DNA from: Candidatus Methylomirabilia bacterium
Lineage (GTDB): Bacteria; Methylomirabilota; Methylomirabilia; Rokubacteriales; CSP1-6
Reading direction: 5' to 3'
Assembly: GCA_041496385.1 (NCBI GenBank)
Contig: JBGQEL010000047.1
Coordinates: 1 to 29,184 of the forward strand
Length of the DNA: 29,184 bases
The translations under genes were made by a program, and so were the position numbers. The notes beneath the pieces are model-generated. The model searched no databases. It was not told the origin of the DNA and saw only the letters and a program-made list of their open reading frames with translations. How positions within the stretch are numbered: the stretch's first letter is position 1; the number at the start of each line of letters is the position of its first letter. Below, piece after piece: positions 12,007-19,488 of this stretch.

Positions 12007-12559
12007 GTGTGGTCTCCTTTCCCGCGGAGAGGCGACGAAAGATCACCTCGGTCACCCCCTGGTGTGTGTTGCGCCACACGACGTCCGTGTAGCGGGCGAG
12101 CAGATGGAGCATGCGACGATTGCCCGCGAGGACGTCGGCGCGAAAGCCGTGGATCCCACGTCCCTCTGCGGCGCGAAGGATTTCGGCGAGCAGGACAGTG
12201 CCGAGGCCGACGCCCTGCCAGCCATCCTCCACGACGAGCGCCATCTCGGCCGTTCGCGCCTCGCCGGCCAGCACAGCGTAGCGCGCCACGCCGACGAGGA
12301 CTCCTTCCGCCGCGTCGTCGGGCTCGGCGACCAGCGCCAGCCGCGTCCGATAGTCGAGATTGGCGAAGGCGTGCGCCCAGGCGGGCGGGAGCGATCTCAT
12401 CGGGCTGAAGAACCGCTGATACGCCGTGTCGACGCTCAACCGGTCGTAGAGCGCGGTGAGCCGCGGCTCGTCGGCCGGACGGATGGGACGGATGCGCACG
12501 TGCGCACCGGAACGAAGGCCGACTGTGTGTTCGAGCTCTTGCGGATATTCCGAGATCAT
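11978..12559 (-). CDS. GNAT family N-acetyltransferase (resembles the GNAT domain of Pat-type protein acetyltransferases)
   Basis: VRIRPIRPADE, YQRFF, LVGVARY, AEMALVVEDGWQGVGLG and VLAGNRRM; CAGGAGG RBS before ATG 12559. Confidence 0.9.
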   Translation of the reverse strand: MISEYPQELEHTVGLRSGAHVRIRPIRPADEPRLTALYDRLSVDTAYQRFFSPMRSLPPAWAHAFANLDYRTRLALVAEPDDAAEGVLVGVARYAVLAGEARTAEMALVVEDGWQGVGLGTVLLAEILRAAEGRGIHGFRADVLAGNRRMLHLLARYTDVVWRNTHQGVTEVIFRRLSAGKETTRAQAGPDRA

Positions 12560-12859
12560 GCCTCCTGGATTCTCGTCATCCAGCGGAGCAGCCAGCATGC
12601 CAAGCGGCGCGTCAGGCCGACGCGCCGATGTTTTCGTCAGGCCGCACGACGAGTTACGAGGACAGGCGCCCCCTCGCCCGGACAGCCAGCACACGCGACG
12701 GCGCCATTCGAGGAGGCAGGCGACGCGATCCTGCACATTCCGGCGTCACGGACACGACTCCGACGCGGGCAATTCTTCGCCTGAACGGCCGCCTCCACTA
12801 CCATGGGATCGGATCGACAACAATCGGCGGGCAGGTTTCTCGCCGAGAGAGGAGCTCAC

Positions 12860-13018
12860 ATGGGGTTCTCGGGACTTCGTGCGATCGTCATGATCGTCGT
12901 ACTCGTCGGACTCGTGCTCGGGGTGACCCGATTCGACCTGCCGGGCTGGAGCGTCCCGGTCGGCCTGATCGTGGCGGCGCTTCTCCTCAAAGGATGGGAA
13001 AAGCGCGCCACATCCTAG
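12860..13018 (+). CDS. Small two-helix membrane protein (52 aa)
   Basis: GAGGAG RBS, two hydrophobic segments and a basic tail. Confidence 0.65.
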   Translation: MGFSGLRAIVMIVVLVGLVLGVTRFDLPGWSVPVGLIVAALLLKGWEKRATS

Positions 13019-13209
13019 GGGCCGTCGGCGGCGCGTAGCAGCTGTCGCCACGATTCGACGCGGCCCGTGCGCAGCGTTACGGTGACGCGGCCCGCGTCGG
13101 CGAGCTCGGGCCGGAGCTCGACCTTTTCGATGTCGGCGGCCACGATGCCTCGCCGCTCGAGCTCGGTCTGGAAGGCGGGCCAGTTCTCCGGGCGCAGGCC
13201 GTAACTCAT
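13015..13209 (-). CDS. Small hypothetical protein (64 aa)
   Basis: GAGGAG RBS; MSYGLRPENWPAFQTELERRG...VTVTLRTGRVESW. Confidence 0.65.
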   Translation of the reverse strand: MSYGLRPENWPAFQTELERRGIVAADIEKVELRPELADAGRVTVTLRTGRVESWRQLLRAADGP

Positions 13210-13234
13210 GGTTCTCCTCGCCTCATCTGGTCGG

Positions 13235-13519
13235 TTACTGGTGGTCGATGCGGATGATCGACTTGCGCCCGCCCGTGTCGATGTAGCGGACGTGCACCCG
13301 GTCACCCTCCTTCAGCCCGTCGAGATAGCGGACGTCCGTCGCGTACATCTCGTCGCCGCTGTCCAGACGCAGACGCCACTGGCGGCGATCGACGTCCGTG
13401 ACCCGGCCCGTCGCATCGCCCATCTGGGCGCCCCGCGCCATGACCTGGGGTACCGGGCCCGGAGCCGGGACGGCCTGGAGCGCCGTCACGAGCATCGCGC
13501 ACACGACAAATCGCCTCAT
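13235..13519 (-). CDS. Small secreted OB-fold-like protein (DUF1344-like)
   Basis: GGAG RBS, signal peptide, and a GRVTDVD...LRLDSG...LKEGDRVHVRY pattern. Confidence 0.65.
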   Translation of the reverse strand: MRRFVVCAMLVTALQAVPAPGPVPQVMARGAQMGDATGRVTDVDRRQWRLRLDSGDEMYATDVRYLDGLKEGDRVHVRYIDTGGRKSIIRIDHQ

Positions 13520-13532
13520 TCGGGGTCTCCGC

Positions 13533-14012
13533 TCAGCAACGTCCCTGCTTGGCCAGTCCGGGCGGGCAACGTTTCCTGTCGCCTCGATCCCAGCGCTCCT
13601 CGTGCTCGCGCCAGTTCCGCTCGTGGGCCTCCTCGCGCCACTCACGTCCGTAGTGCGGCTCCCACTGCGGCGGCCCATCACGACGCCATCCTTTCCAGGG
13701 GGGAGGGGGCGCGGGGTAGTAGCGGACGGGGACTTGAAGAATCGGCCGGGGAACGTACGCGGGCGCGACGACGACCCACGGACCGTTCCAGTTGGGCCCG
13801 ACGTACCAGGCGCCTCCGACGAAGCCCCAGTACTGATGGGCGTAGAAGAAGATGTTCGCCGGAGCCTGAGGCGCGTAGTAGACGGCGGCTCCGGGGATGA
13901 CCGCGAGGGTCGGTGGACCCGGAAGCTGAATCCCGATGTCGACCCGCACTTGAGCATGCGCGGGTTCCGCCGCTGCCGCCGCGAGCAGGGCCGCGAGGAC
14001 GAGTCGCTTCAT
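13533..14012 (-). CDS. Secreted Pro/Trp/Tyr-rich protein with C-terminal CPPGLAKQGRC motif
   Basis: GGAGGG RBS, signal peptide ending AHA, aromatic/proline-rich body and a PPGLAK tail. Confidence 0.8.
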   Translation of the reverse strand: MKRLVLAALLAAAAAEPAHAQVRVDIGIQLPGPPTLAVIPGAAVYYAPQAPANIFFYAHQYWGFVGGAWYVGPNWNGPWVVVAPAYVPRPILQVPVRYYPAPPPPWKGWRRDGPPQWEPHYGREWREEAHERNWREHEERWDRGDRKRCPPGLAKQGRC

Positions 14013-14035
14013 GGATTGATCCCTCCGTGACCCCA

Positions 14036-14578
14036 TCATAGCCCTGGCACGGGGGTCGGCGCGGGCGCTCGATCCGGTTGAACGTGGCCGCATCGGCGGC
14101 AGGTGCGAAGCTCCGGGCTTCCGTCGAACCGCTCGATGGCGGCCTTGAGCTCCGTCTCGATGTCGGCCACGTGCATCGTGACTTCGTGCAGCAGCGTGTC
14201 GCAGCGGTCGCAGAACCACAGCAGGGACTCGGTCCGGTCCGGCGTCCGCTTGACCTCGACGACCAGCCCCCAGGTGTCCGCCGGCCGGTGCGGCGAGTGG
14301 GGGACGAGGGCGGGCACGAGCATGAGCTCGCCTTCACGGATCGCCTCGTGGTGGCGCTTGCCGTCCCGCACATATTCCAGAACAATGTCGCCCTTCAGCA
14401 TGTAGAAGATCTCGTCGGAGGGATCCACGTGAAAATCGCGCCGCGCGTTCGGGCCGCGGACGATCATCGCGGTGAACTGCGAGTCCTCCCAGATGACCTT
14501 GTTGCCCACGGGCGGCTCGAAGGCGTGGCGATTCTTCTCCACCCATTCCCAGAGACCGAACGCCGTCAACGGCTTCAT
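14036..14578 (-). CDS. nbaC: 3-hydroxyanthranilate 3,4-dioxygenase
   Basis: PPVGNK, GPNARRDFHVDPSDEIFYMLKG and PHSP (Fe ligands H/E/H), plus rubredoxin-like CDRC...CRRC. Confidence 0.95.
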   Translation of the reverse strand: MKPLTAFGLWEWVEKNRHAFEPPVGNKVIWEDSQFTAMIVRGPNARRDFHVDPSDEIFYMLKGDIVLEYVRDGKRHHEAIREGELMLVPALVPHSPHRPADTWGLVVEVKRTPDRTESLLWFCDRCDTLLHEVTMHVADIETELKAAIERFDGSPELRTCRRCGHVQPDRAPAPTPVPGL

Positions 14579-14587
14579 GACGGCGCG

Positions 14588-14656
14588 AGCTTAGCCGGAG
14601 GCCCTCGGGGAATCAAGGCGGTCGCCTTGACATCCTCGCCGGCGGGGGCGCACAGT
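14588..14656. promoter_or_regulatory. Back-to-back divergent sigma70-type promoters around an 18-bp inverted repeat
   Basis: Minus strand: TTGATT (14616-14611), 17 nt, TAAGCT (14593-14588). Plus strand: TTGACA (14627-14632), 18 nt, CACAGT (14651-14656). Inverted repeat TCAAGGCG-GT-CGCCTTGA at 14613-14630. Confidence 0.65.
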
Positions 14657-14664
14657 GCGAATCC

Positions 14665-15531
14665 ATGTCCGTCATCCTGATCACCGGAACCAGCACCGGC
14701 ATCGGCCTCGCCAACGCGCTGCTCTTCGCGCGCAAGGGCGACGACGTCCACGCGGGCGTCCGCAGCCTGGCCACGGCGACCGAGCTCACCGCGGCGATCG
14801 CGAAGGAGGCCCTTCCCATCCGTCCCGTCGTCATCGACGTCGACGACGCGGCGTCGGTCACGCGCGGCGTCAACGACGTCCTGGCCAAGGCGGGGGGCGT
14901 CGACGTCCTCGTCAACAACGCCGGGATCGGGGGCGGTGGTCCCCTCGAGGACGTGCCGCTCGACTGGGTGAAGAGCCTGTTCGAGACGAACTACTTCGGC
15001 GCGCTGCGGATGATCCAGGCGGTGCTCCCGGGCATGCGTCGGCGACGGAGCGGCGTCATCGTCAACGTCACCTCGATCGCCGGGCGGGTCGCCATCGCCG
15101 GCCACGGCCACTATTCGGCCGTGAAGCACGCCCTCGAGGCCGCCAGCGAGGCGCTGGCGCAGGAGGTGCTGGCCTTCGGGATCCGCGTGGCGATCATCGA
15201 GCCCGGCGTCGTGATCACGCCGATCTTCGCCAAGGCCAAGCGCTTCGCCGATCCGGCGTCGCCGTACTTCGAGCACGTGCGCCGGCTCCTCGGCCACTAT
15301 CAGAAGCAGATGCCGTTCGCCGCCCAGCCGTCCGACGTGGCGGAGGTCATCTACGAGGCCGTGACGACGAAGGCGCCGAGGCTCCGCTGGCTGGTGGGCG
15401 AGGACGCGAAGCGTCTCGACGAAGGCCGCCGGCGGCTGAGCGACGAGGAGTACATCGCCGGCGCCGCGCCGATGCCGATCGAGGAATATCTCGAGCGGGC
15501 GCGGCGCACGTTCGGCTTCAACTGGAAGTGA
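14665..15531 (+). CDS. Short-chain dehydrogenase/reductase (SDR)
   Basis: ITGTSTGIG, DVLVNNAG, catalytic YSAVK and IEPG. Confidence 0.95.
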   Translation: MSVILITGTSTGIGLANALLFARKGDDVHAGVRSLATATELTAAIAKEALPIRPVVIDVDDAASVTRGVNDVLAKAGGVDVLVNNAGIGGGGPLEDVPLDWVKSLFETNYFGALRMIQAVLPGMRRRRSGVIVNVTSIAGRVAIAGHGHYSAVKHALEAASEALAQEVLAFGIRVAIIEPGVVITPIFAKAKRFADPASPYFEHVRRLLGHYQKQMPFAAQPSDVAEVIYEAVTTKAPRLRWLVGEDAKRLDEGRRRLSDEEYIAGAAPMPIEEYLERARRTFGFNWK

Positions 15532-15544
15532 CTGGAGGCGACTC

Positions 15545-15964
15545 ATGGCCGAAGGCGTGAAGATCGACACCGTGCGCTCCGCGTCGAGCGGCATCCTCGG
15601 CCGCTCGCTGAACCAGGCGCGCCACCAGCATTTCGTGCTCGACTCGCCCTCGGGGCCCAACGAGGCCCTGACGAACGGCGAGGCGTTCCTGGCCGGGATC
15701 TCCTCGTGCGGCATCACGCTCATCGAGAAGTACGCCGACGAGCAGAAGATCCCCCTCGAGAAGATGGAGTGCCGGATCGAGGGCGTGCGCAGCAACGCCG
15801 AGCCCAACCGCTTCCAGGCCATCAACGTCTCGTTCACGCTCGCCGGCATCGACCAGTCCCAGGCGGAGCACCTGGTCGGCGTCTGGCGGGACCGTTGACC
15901 GCTCTACCGGACGGTCGCGGTCGCGACCGCGGTGAAGGTCGACGTCGTCGCGCGGCCGGTGTAG
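15545..15964 (+). CDS. OsmC/Ohr-family protein, probable selenoprotein (Sec at codon 118, TGA 15896-15898); 139 aa
   Basis: GGAGG RBS; EAFLAGISSC55 is the first catalytic Cys motif. The in-frame TGA lies in ...VWRDR-U-PLYRTVAVATAVKVDVVARPV*, matching the family C-P-x-x-x-T/S motif and final beta strand. A SECIS-like hairpin follows directly. Confidence 0.85.
15905..15934 (+). other. Putative bacterial SECIS element
   Basis: Lower stem ACCG (15906-15909)/CGGT (15930-15933), GA bulge, 7-bp upper stem CGGTCGC (15912-15918)/GCGACCG (15923-15929), and apical loop GGTC starting 20 nt after the TGA. Confidence 0.72.
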
Positions 15965-15979
15965 CCCGGACGCGCTGAG

Positions 15980-16402
15980 GTGCCCATGGAGCTCGCGCCC
16001 GGCCTCAAGCACTCGCACGCGGTGAAGGTCACCGAGGACCTGACGCCGCCCCACCTGCGCGGCGACGCCATTCGCGTCCTCGCCACTCCGGACATGGTGC
16101 GGCTCGTCGAGCAGACGGGCATCCAGTGCGTCCAGCCCCATCTCAAGCCCGGCCAGACGACGGTGGGTACCACCGTCAACATCAAGCACCTCGCGGCCAC
16201 GCCGGAGGGCATGACGATCACCATCACGGTCGAGCTGACCGAGGTCGACCGCCGTCGTCTGGCGTTCCGTTTCGAGGTCCACGACGAGGTCGAGAAGGTC
16301 GGCGAGGGGACGCACGAGCGCTTCATCATCGACCGCGAGTCGCGCCTGCCCCGTCTCCAGCAGAAGGTCGACGCCTGGAAGGCGAAGGCCGGAGGGCGGT
16401 GA
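15980..16402 (+). CDS. Hotdog-fold thioesterase, fluoroacetyl-CoA thioesterase (FlK)-like
   Basis: VLATPDMVRLVE...TTVGTTVNIKHLAATPEG...GEGTHERFII with the Thr/Glu/His triad. The start may be GTG 15980 or ATG 15986. Confidence 0.9.
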   Translation: MPMELAPGLKHSHAVKVTEDLTPPHLRGDAIRVLATPDMVRLVEQTGIQCVQPHLKPGQTTVGTTVNIKHLAATPEGMTITITVELTEVDRRRLAFRFEVHDEVEKVGEGTHERFIIDRESRLPRLQQKVDAWKAKAGGR

Positions 16403-16474
16403 GGCCGACCCGCCGGAGGCCGGCGCCGTCCTGCTGAGCGGCACCAGGCGAAGGAACCCCGAGAGGAGCGAACG

Positions 16475-17365
16475 ATGGCGAAGCGACGCGTGGTGCTGAC
16501 CGGGGCGGCCGGGTACGTCGCCCAGCGGATGTTCGGAGAGCTGAACCAGCGCTGGGACCTCGTGCCGATCGACGTCCGTGCCACGACCCAGGGGGGCAAG
16601 ACCGTTCCGGGAATCGTCGTCACGGATCTCACACAGCAGGACCGCAACGCCTACCGGCAGCACTTCCGCGGCGCCGACGCCGTGATCCATTGCGGGTACG
16701 TGCGGGCGCCGGGGCTCGACGCGACGACCTGGCAGGACAACAGCGACGCCAAGTTCCGGGCCGAGCACGAGAACGTCGCGCTCGCCTACAACGTCTACCG
16801 GACGGCGCTCGAGGAAGGCGTCCGGCGTGTCGTCGTGTGCAGCTCGAATCATGCGGCCGACTACTACGAGCGTCTCGTCTGGTCGGGCGATCTCGACATG
16901 GTCACGCCCGAGATGCCGCCGCGCTCGGACAACTGGTACGGCTGGTCCAAGGCCGCCTACGAGCTGCTCGGCTTCGTCTTCGCCACCGGCCAGGTGGGCG
17001 GCCGCAAGCTCGAGGTCGTGCAGTGGCGCATCGGCGGCCCGCGGGACGACGACATCGACCACGTGAAGCCGGGCGACATCAAGGTGATGCATCGCGCCCT
17101 CGGCGCCTACCTGTCGCAGCGCGATCAGGTCCAGCAGGCGATCCGGATGGTCGAGACGGAGGACATCGCCGACGAGCACGGCGTGCCCTTCCTCATCGTC
17201 TACGGCATCAGCGGAAACACCCACCGGTTCTGGAGCCTCGCCAACGCCAGGCGCGCGATCGGCTACGCGCCCGAGGACGACAGCCAGGTGAATTTCGCGG
17301 ACAAGATCGCGGCGATCACCCGGGCCGCCGCCGGCCGGCCGGCCGATGGGCGGGCAGGTCGATGA
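16475..17365 (+). CDS. NAD-dependent epimerase/dehydratase family protein (uronate dehydrogenase-like extended SDR)
   Basis: VLTGAAGYV, RRVVVCSSNHA, YGWSK, YLSQRD, YGISGN and GYAPEDDS; GAGGAG RBS. Confidence 0.9.
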   Translation: MAKRRVVLTGAAGYVAQRMFGELNQRWDLVPIDVRATTQGGKTVPGIVVTDLTQQDRNAYRQHFRGADAVIHCGYVRAPGLDATTWQDNSDAKFRAEHENVALAYNVYRTALEEGVRRVVVCSSNHAADYYERLVWSGDLDMVTPEMPPRSDNWYGWSKAAYELLGFVFATGQVGGRKLEVVQWRIGGPRDDDIDHVKPGDIKVMHRALGAYLSQRDQVQQAIRMVETEDIADEHGVPFLIVYGISGNTHRFWSLANARRAIGYAPEDDSQVNFADKIAAITRAAAGRPADGRAGR

Positions 17366-17374
17366 GGCGAGGGG

Positions 17375-19195
17375 TCAGCGTGTCGCCGACTCCGCGTGGG
17401 CGCGGATGGCAGCGAGGAAGCGCTCGCCGAACTCCTTGCACTTCCACTCGCCCACGCCCTTGACCTCGAGCAGCGCCGCGGGCGTGAGCGGCTGCGCGCT
17501 CGCCATGTCGCGCAGCGAGGCGTCGCTGAAGATCACGTAGGGCGGCACCCCACGCTCCTCGGCGAGCGCGCGCCGGACCACGCGGAGCGCCTCGAAGAGA
17601 TCGCGGTCCTCGGGGCCGCGTGGCAACTCGCGCTGCGAGCCGCGTGACACGGCGGGACGGCGCGGGCGGCTCAGCGGGCCCGCCTCGGCCTCGCCGCGCA
17701 GGATACAGGCGCCGCTCGGCGTGAGACCGACCATCGGGTACTCGCCGCCGGAGCGCTCGAGGTGCCCCTGGCCCAGGAGCTGATCGATCCACGCGCGGAT
17801 CTGCTGCCGGTCGACGTCGCCGAGGGTCCCGTGGACGGGGAGACGATCGTGGCCGAGCGCGCGGATCCGCTCCGTCGAGGCCCCGGCGAGCACCTCCGCC
17901 ACGTGGCCGGCCCCGAAGCGCCCGCGCAGCGCGGCGACACCGGCGAGGATCTTCCGCGCGATCGCCGGCGAGTCGTCGGCGACGGCGATCTCGCCCAGGC
18001 AGACGTCGCAGGCACCGCAGGCCGGCGGCGTGTAGGCTTGGCCGAAGTAGCCGACGAGGGCGCGATGCCGGCACACAGCGTCCTGGCAGAACCCGAGCAT
18101 CTGGCCCAGCTTGCGGAGCGCCTCCGCGGGCGTGGCGGGCTCCGACTCCAGCACGGACCGCCAGAGCCCGTAGTCGGCGCCGCTCCACAGGAGCACGCAC
18201 TCCGCCTCGAGCCCGTCGCGCCCGGCGCGCCCGGCCTCCTGCTGGTAGTGTTCGATCGATTTCGGCATGCCCGCGTGGAGCACGTAACGCACGTTGGAGC
18301 GATCGATCCCCATGCCGAACGCCACGGTGGCGACGACGACGTCCGCGCGCTCGGCGACGAACGCGTCCTGGTTCACCCGTCGCTCGGCGTCGGTGAGCCC
18401 CGCATGATACGGGACCGCGCGCAGCCCGCGCCGAACGAGCGCCCGGCTCAGCTCGTTGACCTCGGCGCGACGGATGCAGTAGACGATGCCGGCCTGCCCG
18501 CGATGGCGGTCGATCACCGCGAGCACCTGCCGGAGGCGATCGACGCGCGGCTGGACGCGATAGACGAGGTTCGGCCGGTCGACGGGCCCGACGAGGAGTT
18601 GCGGGTCGCGCAGCCTGAGCTCGGCGACGATGTCGGCGCGGACCAGGGGCGTCGCCGTGGCCGTGTACGCGTGGATGGCCCGCTGCGGGAACGTCTCCCG
18701 CAGCACGCGCAGCTGCCGGTACTCCACCCGGAAGTCGTGCCCCCATTGGCTGATGCAATGGGCCTCGTCGACCGCGAAGAAGGCGGGGTCCATCCGGCGC
18801 AACGCCTCGGTGAACCCGGAGGCCACGAGCCGCTCGGGCGCGACGTAGAGGAGGTTCACGCGCTTCTGCAGCAGGTCGCGCTCGACGGCGGACCGCTCGT
18901 CGCGGCTCTGGCTGCTGTTGAGATACGCGGCCGCCACGCCGGCCTGGCGCAGGGCGTCCACCTGGTCCTTCATCAGCGCGATCAGCGGTGAGACGACGAC
19001 GGCGAGCCGGTGCATGTGGACGGCCGGCACCTGGTAGCAGAGCGACTTGCCCCCGCCGGTCGGGAGCACGACGACCGAGTCGCGGCCGTCGAGCACGGCG
19101 CGCACCGCCTCGGCCTGGAGCGGCAGGAAGCTCGCGTAGCCCCAGGTGCGCGCGAGCGTCCCGAGGACGGCGACGTCACGGTCCACGATCGCCAC
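17375..19195 (-). CDS. recQ: ATP-dependent DNA helicase RecQ
   Basis: PTGGGKSLCYQ, DEAHCISQWGHDFR, ATVAFGMGID, YQQEAGRAGRDG, Zn site CRHR...CGACDVC, RQC domain and HRDC (VPPYVIFSDASL). The start is uncertain (GTG 19195 or 19186). Confidence 0.96.
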   Translation of the reverse strand: MAIVDRDVAVLGTLARTWGYASFLPLQAEAVRAVLDGRDSVVVLPTGGGKSLCYQVPAVHMHRLAVVVSPLIALMKDQVDALRQAGVAAAYLNSSQSRDERSAVERDLLQKRVNLLYVAPERLVASGFTEALRRMDPAFFAVDEAHCISQWGHDFRVEYRQLRVLRETFPQRAIHAYTATATPLVRADIVAELRLRDPQLLVGPVDRPNLVYRVQPRVDRLRQVLAVIDRHRGQAGIVYCIRRAEVNELSRALVRRGLRAVPYHAGLTDAERRVNQDAFVAERADVVVATVAFGMGIDRSNVRYVLHAGMPKSIEHYQQEAGRAGRDGLEAECVLLWSGADYGLWRSVLESEPATPAEALRKLGQMLGFCQDAVCRHRALVGYFGQAYTPPACGACDVCLGEIAVADDSPAIARKILAGVAALRGRFGAGHVAEVLAGASTERIRALGHDRLPVHGTLGDVDRQQIRAWIDQLLGQGHLERSGGEYPMVGLTPSGACILRGEAEAGPLSRPRRPAVSRGSQRELPRGPEDRDLFEALRVVRRALAEERGVPPYVIFSDASLRDMASAQPLTPAALLEVKGVGEWKCKEFGERFLAAIRAHAESATR

Positions 19196-19206
19196 GGCGA
19201 TGGCTC

Positions 19207-19488
19207 TCAGCCCGTCGGATCGGTCGAGTCGGGAAGTATTTCGGGGTCGGAGCCCGTGAGGCGGCTGATCTGGGCGATCATGCTCTCGATGCGGCTCCTG
19301 ACCAGGAGTGCGTAGTCCCCTTCGTACTCGATGGTGACCCTGACCCTCCCCTTGAACTTGAACTGGCGGACGTAGACGTGGAGCGTCGACAGGCCCTTCG
19401 TCTCGTGCTCGAGCACCATGCGGAGCTGATTCAGATCCTGCTCGGTGAGCTCCCTCCGCGGCGAGCATTCTAGAACTTTCCGGTTCAC
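19207..19488 (-). CDS. Hypothetical protein (93 aa)
   Basis: GTG overlaps the ABC ATPase stop (GTGA) with a GGAGG RBS; globular-looking sequence. Confidence 0.65.
   Translation of the reverse strand: MNRKVLECSPRRELTEQDLNQLRMVLEHETKGLSTLHVYVRQFKFKGRVRVTIEYEGDYALLVRSRIESMIAQISRLTGSDPEILPDSTDPTG

Noticed and set aside
9393..16402. Other TGA stops as Sec codons (9393, 15529, 16400 and the nbaC stop)
   Set aside because: The recognisable proteins are complete at these stops, and I saw no Cys-motif context or convincing continuation.
16411..16425. Hairpin CGCCGG-AGG-CCGGCG after the thioesterase as a terminator
   Set aside because: Short stem, no U-tract, and likely by chance in GC-rich DNA.
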